A stretch of DNA of 28,025 bases from Candidatus Krumholzibacteriia bacterium (GTDB lineage Bacteria > Krumholzibacteriota > Krumholzibacteriia > LZORAL124-64-63), in assembly GCA_046484865.1 (NCBI GenBank), contig JAWOID010000006.1, positions 1 to 28,025 of the forward strand, in the 5' to 3' direction. Under the pieces are notes generated by a model that saw only the letters and a list, made by a program, of their open reading frames with translations, was not told where the DNA came from and made no database searches. Shown here piece by piece: positions 24,877 through 28,025 of this stretch. The first letter of the stretch is position 1; every line of letters starts with the position of its first letter. The position numbers and the translations under genes were made by a program.

Positions 24877-26079
24877 GTGAGCATCCGCACCCCCGTCTAC
24901 CTGGATCACAACGCCACCACCCCCATGGATCCACGGGTGCTGGATCTCCAGCAAGAGGTGGCGCGCACGCACTTCGGGAATCCTGCCAGCGCCCACCACG
25001 CGTTCGGCTGGGCCGCGGCCCGGTTGGTGGAGGAGGCGCGCGCCGAGGTGGCGGGCCTGGTGGGTGTCACCCCGCGCGAGATCATCTTCACCAGCGGAGC
25101 CACCGAGGCCGCCGCGCTGGCAGTGCTCGGGGCGGCCGAACTCTGGCGGCCGGAGGACGCCGGCGGCGTGGGCTCCTCGGGCGAGCCCGGTCACCTGGTG
25201 ATCTCGGCCTTCGAGCACGACGCGGTGGAGGCTCCGGTGCAGCGCCTCGAGGCCCGCGGCTGGCGCGTGACGCGCGTGGCGCCGGGCGCCGGCGGAGTGG
25301 TGGAACCCGGCGCGGTTGCGGACGCCATCGAGCCCGCGACGCTGCTCGTGGCGGTGATGGCAGCGCAGAACGAGATCGGGACCCTGCAGCCGATCGGAGA
25401 CATCGGCGCGATCTGTCGCGAGCGGCGGGTCCTCTTCCTCTGCGACGCCGCGCAGGCGGCGGGAAAGGTGCCGCTGGACGCCACGACGCAGGACATCCAC
25501 CTGCTCGCGCTGTCGGCGCACAAGCTTCATGGTCCGAAGGGGGTGGGCGCCCTTTACGTGCGCCGGCGCGATCCGCGCGTGGTGCTGGCGCCTCTCGTGT
25601 CCGGCGGTGGTCAGGAACGCGGCCTGCGCGGCGGCACGCTGAACGTGCCGGGGATCGTGGCCTTCGGCGAGGCCTGCCGGCTGGCCGGTCTGGAGATGGA
25701 CGGCGACGCGGTGCATCTGCGGGGACTCGCCGAACGCTTCCTCGCCGTGCTCCGGCGGGAGTTGACGGACTGGGTGCTCAACGGCGATCCCGTCCGGCGC
25801 CTGCCGGGTCAGCTGAACCTGAGCTTCGCAGGGGTGCGGGCGCACCGGCTGCTCGGGGCTCTGCCAGTGCTGGCGGTCTCGTCGAGTTCGGCGTGCTCGA
25901 GCGCCGAGAGCCGTCCGTCGCGCGTGCTGGCGGCCCTCGGCGTGCCCGACGCACTGGCCAGCGCCAGCCTGCGCCTGGCGCCTGGCCGCTTCACCACGGC
26001 GAAGGAGATGGACTTCGCCGCCCACGCCGTGGTCGCGGCGGTGCGCCGCCTGCGCACCGAGGAGCCCGATCGCCGCTGA
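24877..26079 (+). CDS. Cysteine desulfurase (IscS/NifS class I)
   Basis: YLDHNATTP, GNPAS, FTSGATE, EHDAV, NEIGTLQP, SAHKLHGPKG (PLP Lys), GGGQERGLRGGT, SSSSACSS (catalytic Cys). Confidence 0.93.
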   Translation: MSIRTPVYLDHNATTPMDPRVLDLQQEVARTHFGNPASAHHAFGWAAARLVEEARAEVAGLVGVTPREIIFTSGATEAAALAVLGAAELWRPEDAGGVGSSGEPGHLVISAFEHDAVEAPVQRLEARGWRVTRVAPGAGGVVEPGAVADAIEPATLLVAVMAAQNEIGTLQPIGDIGAICRERRVLFLCDAAQAAGKVPLDATTQDIHLLALSAHKLHGPKGVGALYVRRRDPRVVLAPLVSGGGQERGLRGGTLNVPGIVAFGEACRLAGLEMDGDAVHLRGLAERFLAVLRRELTDWVLNGDPVRRLPGQLNLSFAGVRAHRLLGALPVLAVSSSSACSSAESRPSRVLAALGVPDALASASLRLAPGRFTTAKEMDFAAHAVVAAVRRLRTEEPDRR

Positions 26080-26153
26080 CCGCCGGCGCCGCTGACCGCC
26101 GCCCGCGCCGCTGACCGCCGGCGCCGCTGACTGCCGGCGGCGCTGACTGCCGG
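26071..26153 (+). repeat. Tandem repeat, 5 copies of ~16-bp CG(C/G)CGCTGA(C)(C/T)GCCGG
   Basis: Units start at 26071, 26087 (19-bp variant), 26106, 26122, 26138; the first unit contains the desulfurase stop codon. Confidence 0.85.
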
Positions 26154-26188
26154 CGGCGCGGCCCGCCGGCGGCAACCGCTGCGGCGCG

Positions 26189-27535
26189 CTAGAGGTCGTA
26201 GCCGGCCGTCTGTCGCAGCGAAAGCGAGATGCGCCGGCGCTCGAGATCGACGGTCAGCACCCGGACATCCACCTCGTCACCCTCGGAGACGAGCTCGCGA
26301 GGATGGAGAATGCGCCGGTCCGCCATCTCCGAGATGTGCACGAGGCCTTCCACGCCCGGCTCCAACTCGACGAACACGCCGAAGTCCACCAGCCGCGTGA
26401 CCACTCCCCGGACGTCCGTGCCCGGCTGCAGGCGTTCGGCCGTCGCGGGCCACGGATCGGCGGCGAGCGCCTTCATGGACAGTCCCACGCGCTCGCGGCG
26501 GCCCTGCCCGAGGTTCTGGATCTCGAGCACCTTCACGCGCACTTCCTGGCCCTCCTCGAGGACCTCGGCGGGATCCGACACCCGCTCGTGGGAGATCTGG
26601 GAGATGTGCACGAGCCCTTCCACGCCGCCGATGTCGACGAAGGCGCCGAACGGCACCAGTCGCGTCACCCGGCCGGTGCGCTCGTCGCCGAGCGCCAGCG
26701 TCGAGCGGGTCTCCGTGGCCTCCGTCTCGCGCCGTTCCTGCAGCAGCGCCCGGCGCGACAGCACGATGTTGCGGCCGTCCTCCGAGAGCTCCAGGATCTT
26801 GAACTCGAGTTCCTGCCCGATGAAGCGCTCGGGATCCTCCACCCTCCGCAGATCGATCTGCGAGAACGGGCAGAACCCGCGCCGGCCGGCCACCTGGACC
26901 GTCAGGCCGCCCTTGTTGACATCCTGGACCTTGCCCTTGACCGGCGTGCCGCTCTCGCTGGCCTGCTGCAGCGCCTCCAGGCCCGCGGTGTCCAGGGCCA
27001 GCGCCCGGGTCAGTCCCAGCTCGCCCTCGCTATCCTTCTTGACGTGCGCCGTGATCTCGTCACCCACCGCGTGGGCGATCTGGCCGTCCTCGCCCCGCAG
27101 TTCACCGACGTCCAGGCGCAACTCGTTCCGGCCCCCGCAGTCGACGTAGGCGTCCTGCTCGCCGATCTGGACGATGGTGCCAGTGACCTTGTCGCCGGGT
27201 CGGAACACGCGCGTGGGCGCTGCCTCCTGCTGTTCCAGCAGCCGCGCGAACTCGGCGGAGTCGCCGTCGTCCTCGTCGTCGCCGGCGGCGGGCTTCATGA
27301 CGTCGGGGGTAGGCTTGCCGGCCTCGGGGCTCGGCCCGGGCTCCCCGACCTCGGAGGCGGGCTCGGGTCCTTCGGCCTCCGAGGCGGGCTCGACGTCCCG
27401 CGGCGCGGCGGACTGCAATGTCGGATCGCGCTCGGCCGGAGGGCTGGTCGTTTCGGGGGACTCGTTCAGCGGGCGAGCATCGTCGTCGGTCGCCCCCTGC
27501 TCCAGAGGCAGGTCGGCGCGGTGGTCCTGGGTCAT
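26189..27535 (-). CDS. S1 RNA-binding domain protein (short RpsA-like, 4 S1 domains, long acidic disordered N-terminus)
   Basis: ATG 27535. [66 protein letters not shown]. Confidence 0.88.
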   Translation of the reverse strand: MTQDHRADLPLEQGATDDDARPLNESPETTSPPAERDPTLQSAAPRDVEPASEAEGPEPASEVGEPGPSPEAGKPTPDVMKPAAGDDEDDGDSAEFARLLEQQEAAPTRVFRPGDKVTGTIVQIGEQDAYVDCGGRNELRLDVGELRGEDGQIAHAVGDEITAHVKKDSEGELGLTRALALDTAGLEALQQASESGTPVKGKVQDVNKGGLTVQVAGRRGFCPFSQIDLRRVEDPERFIGQELEFKILELSEDGRNIVLSRRALLQERRETEATETRSTLALGDERTGRVTRLVPFGAFVDIGGVEGLVHISQISHERVSDPAEVLEEGQEVRVKVLEIQNLGQGRRERVGLSMKALAADPWPATAERLQPGTDVRGVVTRLVDFGVFVELEPGVEGLVHISEMADRRILHPRELVSEGDEVDVRVLTVDLERRRISLSLRQTAGYDL

Positions 27536-27607
27536 GGTCGCGGTCCGTTTCTCCTGGGTCAGTCGGGTCGGGCCATCCTCCGGGCCCTCTCTGCGTGGCG
27601 AACGGCG

Positions 27608-27616
27608 AATATACCA
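27608..27616 (-). promoter_or_regulatory. Extended -10 element for the S1 protein gene
   Basis: TGG-TATATT on the - strand, about 70 nt upstream of the ATG. Confidence 0.5.
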
Positions 27617-27687
27617 CATTCTGAGGGTGTGTGCGTACCAGAAAGAGATGATCCTCCGGGCGGATTGTGCGCTGCCGCTGTCCCTTA

Positions 27688-28025
27688 GGTTATGGATCGA
27701 AGATTGTGCACACGGGGGCCCGATAGCTTCCCACCTGTTTTCAGAACGCATACTTCAGGTCGTGCACCCGGTTGCGCGGCAGCGCCCGCGTGACGACCTG
27801 CTGCTCGTAGTAAGCCGCCCATCGGGGAGGGAGTTGGACGTGGCTGCGGAAGAGACGGTGCGAGAGGATCTCGTCGAGGTCGACCCGCTCGCTCTTCGCA
27901 CCAATGGCCATCGCCGGGGTTTCGGCGGGCGAGTTCTCCGAGCGCCACTTCATGTAGTTGCGCCAGACCAGCAGGATCGCCATCCGCTCGGCCGACATCT
28001 GCCTGCGCTTCGAATAGGCGATCGT
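27688..28025 (-). mobile_element. Right end of a probable IS1-family-like insertion sequence (truncated by window)
   Basis: Transposase-like ORF plus GGTTATGGATCGAAGATTGTG at 27688, resembling the GGTnATG start of IS1 terminal inverted repeats. Confidence 0.5.
27741..28025 (-). CDS. Putative IS1-like transposase, C-terminal part (5' end outside window)
   Basis: Frame open to the window edge: [26 protein letters not shown]...ETPAMAIG. Resembles the T-x-x-F/Y-S-K and TPAM motifs at the C-terminus of IS1-type DDE transposases. Confidence 0.6.
   Translation of the reverse strand, partial: TIAYSKRRQMSAERMAILLVWRNYMKWRSENSPAETPAMAIGAKSERVDLDEILSHRLFRSHVQLPPRWAAYYEQQVVTRALPRNRVHDLKYAF

Noticed and set aside
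26071..26153. Possible CRISPR array
   Set aside because: Units are 16 bp, head-to-tail with no unique spacers, and there are no cas genes.

Overview
High-GC bacterial chromosomal window (roughly 70% GC by eye), mostly core genes. Left to right it holds: the 5' end of an acyl-CoA carboxylase beta subunit (-) and a hybrid histidine kinase (-); a + strand amino-acid/peptide catabolism run (crotonase, ferredoxin + VorB + VorA-type 2-oxoacid:ferredoxin oxidoreductase, alanine dehydrogenase-like protein, CoA transferase, POT-type MFS transporter, sigma54 response regulator); and the conserved tRNA-Leu-tig-clpP-clpX-lon-engB block. These are followed by a small exported protein, purA, tRNA-Lys, a signal-peptide-bearing PepF (-), a beta-propeller lipoprotein (-), nadA + cysteine desulfurase, a 16-bp tandem repeat, a four-domain S1 protein (-) and the 3' end of an IS1-like element. 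The most interesting item is the small exported protein at 18168-18638. It combines a CxxCH heme motif, a temptin-like Ca-binding segment and a C-terminal 'TWSSLKALF' tail that may be a lineage-specific sorting signal. That tail suggests Krumholzibacteriota/Latescibacterota-like origin (from recall, not verified). Other oddities are a K75H substitution in the AlaDH-like active site, a non-canonical H-box in the kinase, and an AT-rich codon patch inside clpP that spells a promoter. All family calls are by motif recognition; no searches were run.
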